Positions 18,105-28,004 of a stretch of 64,000 nt of DNA are shown piece after piece. Within the stretch, counting starts at the first letter, position 1. Each line of letters opens with the position of its first letter. The notes below the pieces were generated by a model. It did no database searches, was not told the DNA's origin, and saw only the letters and a list, made by a program, of their open reading frames with translations. The position numbers and the translations under genes are program-made. The DNA is from Candidatus Yonathbacteria bacterium (lineage in GTDB: Bacteria; Patescibacteriota; Minisyncoccia; Phycocordibacterales; JACNGX01): NCBI GenBank assembly GCA_013334825.1, contig JAAXWR010000002.1, forward strand, positions 34,025-98,024, in the 5' to 3' direction.

Positions 18105-19220
18105 ATGCTTACTATTCTTGTCTTTGCCATCGACACGCTCACTGATACGGAATATCCATTATCTATGCGCATTGCAACATATGCTCAAGTAGCAGATGTG
18201 GTGTATGTTGTTGTCCGTGCGGGTGTACATCTAGAAGTTCCTTCCCATGTGAAGCTCATTCCCATCGAAGGAAATTCTTGGTATGTGCGTATGTATCGCG
18301 CGTTTCGTGGGGGATATGCTGTCGCACGAACATTCGTTTCGAAAAAAGGACAGTGTATTATTGTTGCAGAAAGTCTTTATGCAGATGTTATGCTTGCAGG
18401 ACGTGTTGCAAAAAAGACAAACATACCATTTGAATTATCTTGTGGTGGTCTTGATATTCTTTCAACAAACGTATTGTTAAAAGGGTGGAAGCGATATTAT
18501 TTTTTTCGACAACTTTCTCGTGTGACGTCTGTACGTGTTTTGTCTCTTCGTGAAAAAAATAATTTAAGCACATTATATCCTCATCTTCCAGAAGCAACGG
18601 TTGTCCCTTTTCCTGTTTATATAGAGAAGCATCTCGTTTCGCAGGTTTTTGAAACGCGAATGATACTTGGGTATGTTTCTGGTAAAAAAGAAAGAGAAAT
18701 GTTTTTGCGCGCATGGAAACATATTGTCAGTAGATATCCTGATGCGCATGTGTCGGTTATTGTTTCTGGTGATGAAAAAACTTCTTTTGTTGGAGAGATA
18801 TATAAAAAAGGATTCAGTGATAGTGTTGTCGTTGTTCTTTCATCTGATAGAGTAGCACTTCGTGATATATATACACGTGCGATACTCTTTTTGCATATGT
18901 CAGATCCTTGCGCGTTTGGAACGCACCTTATACAAGCAGTGTATGATGGGATACCCTCGGTATCTTCAGATGTGGGTGTGATGCATGGGGTGCTGACTTC
19001 CAATGATATATTTGTGTGTCCCGCGTATGATGCTGATTGTTTTGCCAAGCATACACTTTTTCTTCTCGATAATCCTCAGATTCATATATCACTTGCGCAA
19101 TCAGCCATGCGTGCAGGAGAACAGTTACCCCTTGTTATTACGGATAGAAATCGAAATATAGAAATACGAAGAGCTTTGTGGGATATGTTAATAAGGGGTG
19201 TGAAAGAAAGAGAAGTATAG
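18105..19220 (+). CDS. Glycosyltransferase family 1-like protein
   Basis: C-terminal GT-B features '…LFLHMSDPCAFGTHLIQAVYDGIPSVSSDVGVMHGVL…'. I take the start at ATG 18105, one nt after the RNHCP gene stop. Confidence 0.55.
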   Translation: MLTILVFAIDTLTDTEYPLSMRIATYAQVADVVYVVVRAGVHLEVPSHVKLIPIEGNSWYVRMYRAFRGGYAVARTFVSKKGQCIIVAESLYADVMLAGRVAKKTNIPFELSCGGLDILSTNVLLKGWKRYYFFRQLSRVTSVRVLSLREKNNLSTLYPHLPEATVVPFPVYIEKHLVSQVFETRMILGYVSGKKEREMFLRAWKHIVSRYPDAHVSVIVSGDEKTSFVGEIYKKGFSDSVVVVLSSDRVALRDIYTRAILFLHMSDPCAFGTHLIQAVYDGIPSVSSDVGVMHGVLTSNDIFVCPAYDADCFAKHTLFLLDNPQIHISLAQSAMRAGEQLPLVITDRNRNIEIRRALWDMLIRGVKEREV

Positions 19221-19533
19221 AATAACTTGCATTATTTTTTATTTCTGCTATAATACAGTGGTGAGTGCTGTAAAGGCGCTTCCAAAAACAACGAATGTCT
19301 GCGTAAGTCCCGCCCTTGGGCGGGATTTGCGTATCTCATCCTCTGGTAAATGGGTTGCCCTTTTTTTTCTTCTCACATATACTATATCGGTGCATATGTT
19401 ATGTCGACGTTCTGCTTGAACACGGCCGACGGTTGCACTCACATAAGACATTTGTTTTGGAGCTCGCCCCGTCGGCCATGTGCGCGCGGAACGCGGTTTC
19501 TGACACGAACAACAGACATCATCACGATGTCTG

Positions 19534-20493
19534 TTGTTTTGTTTGTTTGCGATGTATCATACACATATGAACACATACGATTCCCATGTGTATAAGAGTG
19601 GATATTGTGAGCTTGGCGGTGGAAATCGTGCTTATGTTGAATGTTTTGGTAATAAACATGCACAACCGATGTTGTTTTTACATGGTGGACCAGGAAGTGG
19701 TTTTTCTGATAGTCATAAAAAGTTGTTTGATCCAGAGCGTGACAATGTCATTTTCTATGATCAGCGCGGAGCAGGAAAAAGTATTCCTTTTTGTACCATC
19801 TCAGAAAACACGACTGACAATTTGGTTGAAGATATTCCGCGCATTCTCGCGTATGCAGATGTTGATAGCGCATATGTTATTGGTACATCATGGGGTGTCG
19901 CACTCGCACTTCTTTTTGCTATGCGGTATCCAAAACGGGTGAGTGGACTTTTTCTGGCAAGTGTTTTTTTGGCGACAAGAAAAGAAAGTCGTCATTTTGT
20001 TGATGGAAGTATTGCAAGTATATATCCAGATGCATGGGCGCGTTTTATTGCCCCTGTTCCAATTTCTGCTCGAGATGATATGGCAATGTGGTATTGGCAA
20101 CATATGACAAATGGAATAGAAAAAGAAAAAGAAATGCTTGCAAAGATATGGACAGCGTATGACTTGTCGATTTCTTCTGGTGTGATGGATCAAGAAAAAA
20201 TTGAGCGAGTACTTGCCACCATATCATATCGTTCACTCGCAGTGCTTACAGCACATTATATTGTGCATGACTTTTTTCTTCCTGACGGATATATTGAATC
20301 AAACATATCTCAAGTACCAGCAGTTCCTGTGACCATCATACACGGGAAAGAAGATGCAGTAACAGATTCTGTTGTTGCGTTGAAATTGCATTCCTTGATA
20401 CCCGAATCAGATCTCGTGTTGATTGAGGCAGGGCATGGTTCATCTGTGATGTTCAACTCTATACGAGAGTATATCGCAAAAATTTCAGCATAA
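19534..20493 (+). CDS. pip: Proline iminopeptidase (alpha/beta hydrolase, S33 family). The true start is possibly at a downstream ATG
   Basis: 'LHGGPGSG' PIP signature, nucleophile 'GTSWG', and a C-terminal catalytic His region. Confidence 0.75.
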   Translation: MFCLFAMYHTHMNTYDSHVYKSGYCELGGGNRAYVECFGNKHAQPMLFLHGGPGSGFSDSHKKLFDPERDNVIFYDQRGAGKSIPFCTISENTTDNLVEDIPRILAYADVDSAYVIGTSWGVALALLFAMRYPKRVSGLFLASVFLATRKESRHFVDGSIASIYPDAWARFIAPVPISARDDMAMWYWQHMTNGIEKEKEMLAKIWTAYDLSISSGVMDQEKIERVLATISYRSLAVLTAHYIVHDFFLPDGYIESNISQVPAVPVTIIHGKEDAVTDSVVALKLHSLIPESDLVLIEAGHGSSVMFNSIREYIAKISA

Positions 20494-20499
20494 AGATAG

Positions 20500-20690
20500 G
20501 ATATATTTTTTATTTTATCTTTTTGCTTTTTATAGTTCATAGTTTATCGTTTATATTTTTCTTTTTATAGTTTATCGTCCATTATTTTTAATTTTAGTTT
20601 TTATTTTTTCTTTTTATAGTTTATCTTTTTTATTTTATTTTTTATTTTAAAAAAGTTATCCACATTTTTTTCAAAAAAAATATTGTCATC
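20500..20690. repeat. AT-rich imperfect tandem repeats (units like CTTTTTATAGTTTATCGT) in the upstream region of the histone-like gene
   Basis: Several repeated units are visible. They are in reverse-complement orientation relative to the R4 purine-rich word repeat seen elsewhere. Confidence 0.6.
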
Positions 20691-20811
20691 GTGCGCAATG
20701 TGTACGATAATAGAAAGAGAAAAAGTTTTTTCGTAAGAAAAAATTTTTCCGAAAATATTTTTCAGACCATGTGGTCGACATTATTAGAGATAACTTTGTA
20801 TGACTATCATT

Positions 20812-20967
20812 ATGGCAGCAGCAAAGAAGAAGATCGTAAAGAAGGCGGTAAAGAAAGCAGCCCCGAAGAAGGCCGTTAAGAAGACCGTCAAGAAGGTTGC
20901 AAAGAAGACCGTTAAGAAGGCGGTAAAGAAAGCAGCCCCGAAGAAGAAGGTTGCGAAGAAGAAATAA
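20812..20967 (+). CDS. Lysine/alanine-rich histone H1-like DNA-binding protein (51 aa), not in the ORF track
   Basis: ATG GCA GCA GCA AAG AAG AAG … reads MAAAKKKIVKKAVKKAAPKKAVKKTVKKVAKKTVKKAVKKAAPKKKVAKKK*. A strong terminator AAAAACCCGCTC-GTTTGA-GCGGGTTTTT follows at 20985-21015. Confidence 0.6.
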   Translation: MAAAKKKIVKKAVKKAAPKKAVKKTVKKVAKKTVKKAVKKAAPKKKVAKKK

Positions 20968-21061
20968 TCTTCATCCCACTTCGGAAAAACCCGCTCGTTT
21001 GAGCGGGTTTTTCCGTGTATGATGTAAGCATGCATGAAAAGAAAGTCTATGGTACCATGGA

Positions 21062-23569
21062 ATGATTATGACATTGTTTGATGTATTATCGGGTGACACA
21101 CCCGCAAGAAAACTCAAGAAATTTGAACCATTTGTCACGCGCGTGAACGTGCTTGAAGGGGATATGAAAGCCCGTTCCGATGAAGCATTACGTACATATT
21201 CTTTAGAACTTCGTGAGCGCCTTTTGCAGGGAGCGACAACGGACGAGATAACTCCGGAAGCCTTTGCGCTCGTGCGTGAGGCGGCACGACGGACGCTTGG
21301 ACAACGACATTACGATGTGCAACTTCTCGGAGGAATGATTATGCACAAAGGAGGTGTCGCTGAAATGCGCACAGGTGAAGGAAAGACATTGGTCGCTACA
21401 TTGCCGACGTATCTGAACGCACTTTCCGGAAAGGGGGTGCATGTTGTTACCGTGAATGATTATCTCTCACGTCGTGACGCCGCGTGGATGGGACAGGTGT
21501 ATCATGCACTCGGACTTTCTGTGGCAGTGATTAATCATGACGCATCATTTCTCTATGATCCGACGCATACCGAACTTGATACTGAACGTGACGAAACAGG
21601 TTCATTTAAAGTAGTGCGTGAATTTCTCCGTCCTGTGTCACGCAAAGAAGCGTATGCGGCGGATATCACCTATGGAACAAACAATGAATTTGGTTTTGAT
21701 TATTTGCGTGACAATATTGCGTATCGCGCGGAGGACATGGTGCAGCGTCCCCATCACTATGCGATTGTGGATGAAGTAGATTCTATTCTTATTGATGAAG
21801 CACGTACGCCACTTATTATTTCCGCAAAAGCAGAGGGAGCAGGTGCAATGTATGCGCAGTTTTCTGCTATTGCGCGTACACTTCTACGTGATGAGGACTA
21901 TACGGTAGATGAAAAGTTTAAAGCCATTCAACTTACTGACGCAGGGATTGAAAAAGCCGAACGTGCGTTAGGGGTTGAAAATATTTATACAGACAAAGGT
22001 ATTGTCCATGTGCATCATTTGGAAACCGCGGTACGTGCCAAGGCACTCTTTGAACGTGACCGTGATTACGTGGTGCGCGATGGACAAGTGATTATTGTCG
22101 ATGAGTTTACGGGGCGATTGCAACCGGGAAGACGGTGGTCTGAAGGACTTCATCAGGCGGTGGAAGCAAAAGAAGGTGTTCCCATCCAAAACGAATCACG
22201 CACCGTTGCGTCTATTACCTTTCAAAATTATTTTCGTTTGTATGAGAAGCTTGCGGGTATGACAGGAACGGCACTTACGTCTGCTGAAGAATTGTACAAA
22301 GTGTATGGACTTGATGTTATTCCTGTTCCTACCAATAAAAAACCACAACGTATTGATAGTAATGACTTAATTTTCCAAACGGAAAAGGGTAAATTCAAAG
22401 CGCTCGCACGCCGTGTCAAAGAATTGCAAGAACAAGGACAGCCGGTGCTTATCGGTACGGTCTCAGTTGAAAAGAATGAACTTCTTTCAGCGTATTTGAC
22501 GAGAGAGGGGATTAGGCACGAAGTTTTGAATGCCAAACAGCACGAGCATGAAGGAGAGGTTGTCGCGCAGGCAGGACGTAAAGGGTCTGTTGTTGTCGCG
22601 ACGAATATGGCGGGTCGTGGTGTCGATATTAAACTCGGTGGTAATCCGGGAAGTGATGATGCGTACGCGGAGGTCAAAGCACTTGGTGGTTTGTATGTTA
22701 TTGGTACAGAACGACATGAAGCACGACGTATTGATGATCAGTTGCGTGGGCGCGCGGGGCGTCAAGGTGATCCAGGTTCCACACAATTTTACGTCTCCCT
22801 TGAAGACACGCTTATGCGCGTATTCGCGTCTGATGCCATCAAGACGATGATGGGACGTTTTGGCATTCCCGAAGATGAACCGATTGAAAATAAGATGATT
22901 ACTCGTTCACTTGAAAGCGCGCAAAAGAAAATTGAAGGATTTAACTTTGATGCACGAAAGCGTGTTCTTGAGTTTGATGATGTGATGAATAGACAACGAA
23001 CCGCTATTTATGGTGCACGTCGGGATTTGCTTTTGGGAGATAAAGCTCAAGTGGAGATGTATTATGCTGATATTGTCACTGCACATCCCGAGGTGGGTGG
23101 TATTATTGAAGAGCGAAAAGCGCTTTTGGGTGAAGATGTGTTTTGGGATATGGCACGCCGTGTGGCGCTTCAGACAATAGACATGTTATGGATGGAACAT
23201 TTGGAAGCAATGGATCATCTACGGGGAAGTGTGAATCTCCGCGCATATGGACAACGTGATCCGCTTGTTGAATACAAGAAAGAAGGACTGCGCATGTTCC
23301 ATGAACTTGAAGCGGGTATCAAAGCTGAAATCGCAGGGCTCTTACCCAATGTGGGAGCGGGAGCATTTAAGAGAGAAGAACAAAAACTACAAGAAGCGCA
23401 TGCTGACGTGTCGCTTGTTGCGGCGGCTGGCGCTCCAGCCGCCGCACAACAGTCAATGGCGTCCATTCCACGTCCCAGCGAACCAACACATATCGAAGCA
23501 AAAGCTGAACGTAATGACCCATGTCCATGTGGTAGTGGGAAGAAGTATAAGAAATGTTGTGGGAAATAA
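21062..23569 (+). CDS. secA: Preprotein translocase ATPase SecA
   Basis: DEAD-motor motifs (MRTGEGKT…, DEVDSILIDEARTPLIIS), HSD/HWD regions, and a C-terminal zinc finger 'CPCGSGKKYKKCCG'. Confidence 0.95.
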   Translation: MIMTLFDVLSGDTPARKLKKFEPFVTRVNVLEGDMKARSDEALRTYSLELRERLLQGATTDEITPEAFALVREAARRTLGQRHYDVQLLGGMIMHKGGVAEMRTGEGKTLVATLPTYLNALSGKGVHVVTVNDYLSRRDAAWMGQVYHALGLSVAVINHDASFLYDPTHTELDTERDETGSFKVVREFLRPVSRKEAYAADITYGTNNEFGFDYLRDNIAYRAEDMVQRPHHYAIVDEVDSILIDEARTPLIISAKAEGAGAMYAQFSAIARTLLRDEDYTVDEKFKAIQLTDAGIEKAERALGVENIYTDKGIVHVHHLETAVRAKALFERDRDYVVRDGQVIIVDEFTGRLQPGRRWSEGLHQAVEAKEGVPIQNESRTVASITFQNYFRLYEKLAGMTGTALTSAEELYKVYGLDVIPVPTNKKPQRIDSNDLIFQTEKGKFKALARRVKELQEQGQPVLIGTVSVEKNELLSAYLTREGIRHEVLNAKQHEHEGEVVAQAGRKGSVVVATNMAGRGVDIKLGGNPGSDDAYAEVKALGGLYVIGTERHEARRIDDQLRGRAGRQGDPGSTQFYVSLEDTLMRVFASDAIKTMMGRFGIPEDEPIENKMITRSLESAQKKIEGFNFDARKRVLEFDDVMNRQRTAIYGARRDLLLGDKAQVEMYYADIVTAHPEVGGIIEERKALLGEDVFWDMARRVALQTIDMLWMEHLEAMDHLRGSVNLRAYGQRDPLVEYKKEGLRMFHELEAGIKAEIAGLLPNVGAGAFKREEQKLQEAHADVSLVAAAGAPAAAQQSMASIPRPSEPTHIEAKAERNDPCPCGSGKKYKKCCGK

Positions 23570-23660
23570 CTATACCGTCAAATTATTTTTTTACATTGAA
23601 TATAAAGGGTATATTGGTGTGTGGACAAAACAGTTGACAAAAAGTGCATTCGTGATATAA

Positions 23661-23900
23661 TTGACATATTATCAATTAAGTTGCTTAATACTTATGCAAT
23701 TTGGATTTTCACCAGAAGGAGAAAAATTAACTCCTTCAGAAGAACTTACTCATCTTATTGATACGTACGGTGATTTAGACTCTGTACCTGATGAAATAAA
23801 AATGCGTATCGTAAATGATTTGAAAGCAGTTGGAGACGAACGGTCTCTTGAGCAAATTGTTCTTGATATGCAAGAAGAGAACTTGATGAATGCCGCATAA
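23661..23900 (+). CDS. Small acidic hypothetical protein
   Basis: ORF only. Followed by a terminator-like hairpin at 23918-23955 and a TATAAT box at 23966-23971. Confidence 0.3.
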   Translation: MTYYQLSCLILMQFGFSPEGEKLTPSEELTHLIDTYGDLDSVPDEIKMRIVNDLKAVGDERSLEQIVLDMQEENLMNAA

Positions 23901-23985
23901 ATACTACATGCTCAAAAAACGCGCTCGTCACGAGTGCGTTTTTTGTTTGTCCTTTCGCCTTCATGTAGCGTATAATAGAGATACA

Positions 23986-25293
23986 ATGTATCACATCAAA
24001 AATCTCGACACATTCACCGCGACGAAGTTGCGCGCTGATGCGTGTGAAATACTAGAAGCAGGATATGCGGCGATTGATACGCGGGACGTGGTAAAGAAAA
24101 ATGTTCACATGGATGGAGAAACCCTTCGTATCATGGATGCAAGTTTTGAATTGTCCGCATATGAACGTATTTTTGTTATTGCGTTTGGAAAATGTGCCGC
24201 TGATGCTTCGGTAGAACTTGAGCACATTCTTGGAGATTATATTACCGAGGGTATTGTCATTGATATACGGAGTGGCACGCCTCTTAAGCGATTGTCGTTT
24301 CTTGCAGGAACACATCCGTTGCCATCTTTGCAAAATGTTGTTGCGACAGAACATGTCGCGTCGCTGTTGTCTGAAGCAACGGAGAAAGATTTGGTATTGG
24401 TGGTTGTGTCGGGCGGTGGGTCATCGATGCTCTGTCTCCCGAGCGATATGACTTGTGAAGTGCTTTCGTTAGTGACGGACGCACTGATGAAAGCAGGTGC
24501 GACCATTGGTGAAATAAATACCGTGCGTAAACACACGTCCAAGATTCAAGGGGGACAACTTGCAACTCTTGCATATCCTGCGACTGTTGTAGCTTGTCTT
24601 TTCTCTGATGTGCCAGGGGATGACGTGTCTATGATCGCTTCTGGTCCAACTGTCCTTGATACGACTACGAGAGAAGATGCCGCGGCGATTTTGGCGAAAT
24701 ATAATGTGATGCGTGTATGCGCGCTTCCGCATTGTGAACTTATTGAAACACCCAAAGACCCAAGCATCTTTTCTCGTGTAACCAATTTGACGATACTTTC
24801 TAATCGCGCAATGCTCGTTGCCATGCGCAAGCGTGCGGAAGTGCTTGGATATCGTGCGTTTGTCGCGCATACAGCACTTGAAGGAGAAGCATCTGATGTG
24901 GGAACATATATTGTTGATGAAGCATCACGTGAAAAAACATGTATGGTATATGGAGGAGAAACGACAGTAACAATTCCAGAGGGTGTGGTAAGCGGAAAGG
25001 GTGGTCGCGCGCAAGAAGTAGCGCTGTCTGCTCTTATCCGTATGTCGGAAGAAGGAACAGTACATGAAACACTTATTGCTACAGTTGCATCTGATGGATG
25101 GGACAATACAGACGCAGCCGGAGCGATTGTTGATGGTATTTCGGTGGCACTCGCGCCTATCCTTGCTGGTTCTCCAGAGGTATATCTTACTCGTCATGAT
25201 ACGTATGGATTTTTTGAGCGCACGGGTGATCACATTATTACAGGACGTACGGGAGCGAATGTGTCGGATGTCTATATGACACTGACAGGATAG
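23986..25293 (+). CDS. Glycerate kinase, MOFRL family (glycerate 2-kinase/hydroxypyruvate reductase-type)
   Basis: 'FGKCAADA…LVVVSGGGSSMLCLP…HTSKIQGGQLA…FSDVPGDD…GGETTVTI…GKGGRAQE…ASDGWDNTDAAGAIVDG' matches the DUF4147+MOFRL architecture. Confidence 0.7.
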   Translation: MYHIKNLDTFTATKLRADACEILEAGYAAIDTRDVVKKNVHMDGETLRIMDASFELSAYERIFVIAFGKCAADASVELEHILGDYITEGIVIDIRSGTPLKRLSFLAGTHPLPSLQNVVATEHVASLLSEATEKDLVLVVVSGGGSSMLCLPSDMTCEVLSLVTDALMKAGATIGEINTVRKHTSKIQGGQLATLAYPATVVACLFSDVPGDDVSMIASGPTVLDTTTREDAAAILAKYNVMRVCALPHCELIETPKDPSIFSRVTNLTILSNRAMLVAMRKRAEVLGYRAFVAHTALEGEASDVGTYIVDEASREKTCMVYGGETTVTIPEGVVSGKGGRAQEVALSALIRMSEEGTVHETLIATVASDGWDNTDAAGAIVDGISVALAPILAGSPEVYLTRHDTYGFFERTGDHIITGRTGANVSDVYMTLTG

Positions 25294-25557
25294 AGAGAGA
25301 AGAAGTATGTGGTAGCACATAAAAGAAATAATTTCTTTTGCGCATCTTGTACACCCTCTACAGAAAGTTCTTAGTTCGTAGTTTGTAGTTCTTAGAGCGA
25401 CGGACGACGACTTGTGGGATTTTTGTTTTTAGTTTTTTATCGTTTGTCGCTTATAGTTTTCTTTTCGATATTTCATATTCCTCATCTATTGTTTGTTTTA
25501 TCAACAGAAAAAAGAAGAAGAGTGCGCGTGAACATGTTATGATAGAAGTATTATCAA

Positions 25558-28002
25558 TTGTCTCGCATATTGTGTATGAAAAAAGAAAAACAACTTCCCA
25601 TTGTGTTGTGGTTTAAAGATGTCGGCAATGACGATGTTGCTCTTGTCGGTGGAAAAAATGCGTCATTGGGAGAAATGTATAATATTCTTACGCCACAAGG
25701 CGTGCGTGTCCCGAATGGGTTTATTGTGACTGCGCATGCATATGACTTGTTTATCAAAAGCACAGGTCTCGCCGAACTCATTACCAAAGAATTGAAAGGA
25801 CTAAATACAAATGATGTCGCACTCTTGCAAAGAAAAGGCAAAAAGATTCGTACCGCATTCATGCGCAAGCGTATGCCAAAGGTGATTACTGATGAAATTA
25901 GAGTTGCGTATCGTACACTCTCGCGTACATATGACATGAAGCATGCTGATGTCGCAGTGCGTTCCTCCGCGACCGCCGAAGACTTACCAGGAGCATCGTT
26001 TGCAGGAGAACATGACACCTATCTCAACGTCCGTGGAGAAGAATATGTTATTCGTGCGGTTAAACGTGCGTTTGCGTCGCTCTTTACTGATAGAGCGATT
26101 TCCTATCGTGTGGACAAGGGATTTAAGCATGGCGATGTCAAACTTTCTGTTGGCATACAAAAGATGGTACGCAGTGACCGTGCGTGTTCGGGAGTTATGT
26201 TCACCCTTGATACAGAAACGGGATTTCGTAATGTTGTTGAAATATCATCTGCGTGGGGACTTGGTGAAATGGTCGTGCAAGGAAAAGTAACACCTGATGA
26301 ATATGTCGTGTTCAAACCATCACTCCGTGCGGGGAAAAATGCCATACTCAAACGTACTAGAGGAGAAAAGAAAACAAAAATGATATATGGTGAGACGCGT
26401 GGAGAGCCGACGCGTATTGTTCGCGTACCTGAGGCAGATATGTCAGTACTCACTCTTACTGACGAGGAAGTTATCATACTTGCGAAGTGGGCACTTATTA
26501 TTGAAGACCATTATTCTCTTCGCGCCAAAGAAGACCGCCCTATGGATATGGAATGGGCGAAGGATGGTGTGTCGGGAGAACTCTTTATTGTGCAGGCACG
26601 TCCCGAGACAGTACAAGCAGAGAAAGCAAAGAAAGGGCTTTCATATACGGAATACATGCTGGGCAAGACATCAAAAAAACCTATTGTAGAAGGTGTTGCT
26701 GTAGGAACAAAAATTGCTTCAGGATGCGCGCGTGTTATTGTGGACGCACGTCGTCTCGATGAATTTAAAGAAGGAGAAGTGCTCATTGCTGCGATTACTG
26801 ATCCGACATACGAGCCGATTATGAAAAAAGCAGCCGCTATTATCACGGAAAAAGGAGGACGTACATCACATGCGGCGATTGTATCACGTGAACTCGGTAT
26901 TCCTGCGGTTGTGGGAACAGGGAATGCGCGTAAAAAAATTGCGACAGGCGATATTGTTACTGTTGATACATCATCGGGAGACGTGGGACGTATTTATGAA
27001 GGACGTATTCCATGGCGAGAACATACCTATGACCTCAAGAAAGTTCCCACAACAAAAACGCATATTTGTCTCAATGTCGGTGATCCGGAGAGCGCGTTCA
27101 AAAATAGCTTCTTGCCACATCGCGGTGTTGGGCTTGCGCGTGAAGAGTTTATCATTGCCTCGCACATTGGCATTCATCCACTTGCACTTATTGATTATGA
27201 TAAGCTGACTGATTGGAAATTGAAAAAGAAGATAGATGAAAGGACGGAAGGGTATGATGATAAGACAGCATTCTTTGTTGATAAACTTGCTGAGGGCATC
27301 GCACATATCGGTGCGGCATTTTGGCCGGAACAAGTGATTGTGCGCTTTTCTGATTTCAAGACGAATGAATACAGAGCACTTCTCGGTGGAGAACTGTATG
27401 AACCGGAAGAGGAGAATCCTATGATTGGATGGCGTGGAGCGTCACGATACGCGCACCCGGATTATCGTGAAGGGTTTAAGCTTGAAGTAGAGGCGATAAA
27501 ACGGGTGCGTGATGATATGGGTATTGATAACGTGCATGTCATGGTACCGTTTTGTCGGACGCCGGAAGAAGGAGAAAAGGTTGTGGAACTTATGGAAGAG
27601 TATGGTTTGGGACGTAGTAAAAAGAAGCAGGGACTCAAGATATATGTGATGTGTGAAATTCCGACCAATGTCATCCGTGCAGATGATTTTCTTGATATCT
27701 TTGACGGTTTTTCTATCGGGTCAAACGACCTTGCTCAACTGACACTCGGACTTGATCGTGATTCCGCAATTATTGCGGGTATCGGTAATGAAAATGATGA
27801 GTCAGTCAAGGCACTTGTTTCGCAAGCGATTAAGTCATGTAAGCGACGCAAGAAATATATTGGTTTTTGTGGACAAGCTCCTTCAGACTATCCAGACTTT
27901 ATGCGTTTTCTTGTTCAAGAAAAGATAGAAGCGATATCACTTAATCCTGATACGGTCATACCGATGACCATAGAAGCAGCAAAAGCGGAGAAGAGAAAGT
28001 AG
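25558..28002 (+). CDS. ppsA: Phosphoenolpyruvate synthase (pyruvate, water dikinase)
   Basis: Conserved PEP-synthase N-terminus 'VALVGGKNASLGEMY', phosphohistidine domain 'GGRTSHAAIVSRELGIPAVVG', and a C-terminal PEP-utilising TIM barrel. Confidence 0.9.
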   Translation: MSRILCMKKEKQLPIVLWFKDVGNDDVALVGGKNASLGEMYNILTPQGVRVPNGFIVTAHAYDLFIKSTGLAELITKELKGLNTNDVALLQRKGKKIRTAFMRKRMPKVITDEIRVAYRTLSRTYDMKHADVAVRSSATAEDLPGASFAGEHDTYLNVRGEEYVIRAVKRAFASLFTDRAISYRVDKGFKHGDVKLSVGIQKMVRSDRACSGVMFTLDTETGFRNVVEISSAWGLGEMVVQGKVTPDEYVVFKPSLRAGKNAILKRTRGEKKTKMIYGETRGEPTRIVRVPEADMSVLTLTDEEVIILAKWALIIEDHYSLRAKEDRPMDMEWAKDGVSGELFIVQARPETVQAEKAKKGLSYTEYMLGKTSKKPIVEGVAVGTKIASGCARVIVDARRLDEFKEGEVLIAAITDPTYEPIMKKAAAIITEKGGRTSHAAIVSRELGIPAVVGTGNARKKIATGDIVTVDTSSGDVGRIYEGRIPWREHTYDLKKVPTTKTHICLNVGDPESAFKNSFLPHRGVGLAREEFIIASHIGIHPLALIDYDKLTDWKLKKKIDERTEGYDDKTAFFVDKLAEGIAHIGAAFWPEQVIVRFSDFKTNEYRALLGGELYEPEEENPMIGWRGASRYAHPDYREGFKLEVEAIKRVRDDMGIDNVHVMVPFCRTPEEGEKVVELMEEYGLGRSKKKQGLKIYVMCEIPTNVIRADDFLDIFDGFSIGSNDLAQLTLGLDRDSAIIAGIGNENDESVKALVSQAIKSCKRRKKYIGFCGQAPSDYPDFMRFLVQEKIEAISLNPDTVIPMTIEAAKAEKRK

Positions 28003-28004
28003 GA

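Noticed and set aside
20691-20879. 62-aa ORF from the track in the histone-like region
   Set aside because: It is an alternative frame of the same DNA. The perfectly periodic KKAVKK frame (20812-20967) with a downstream terminator is far more gene-like.
22228-22677. Antisense ORFs inside secA, and similar antisense ORFs inside ftsH, ppsA, gatA, ligA, etc.
   Set aside because: They are embedded opposite well-supported conserved genes and have biased, low-complexity composition. They are typical spurious antisense ORFs.
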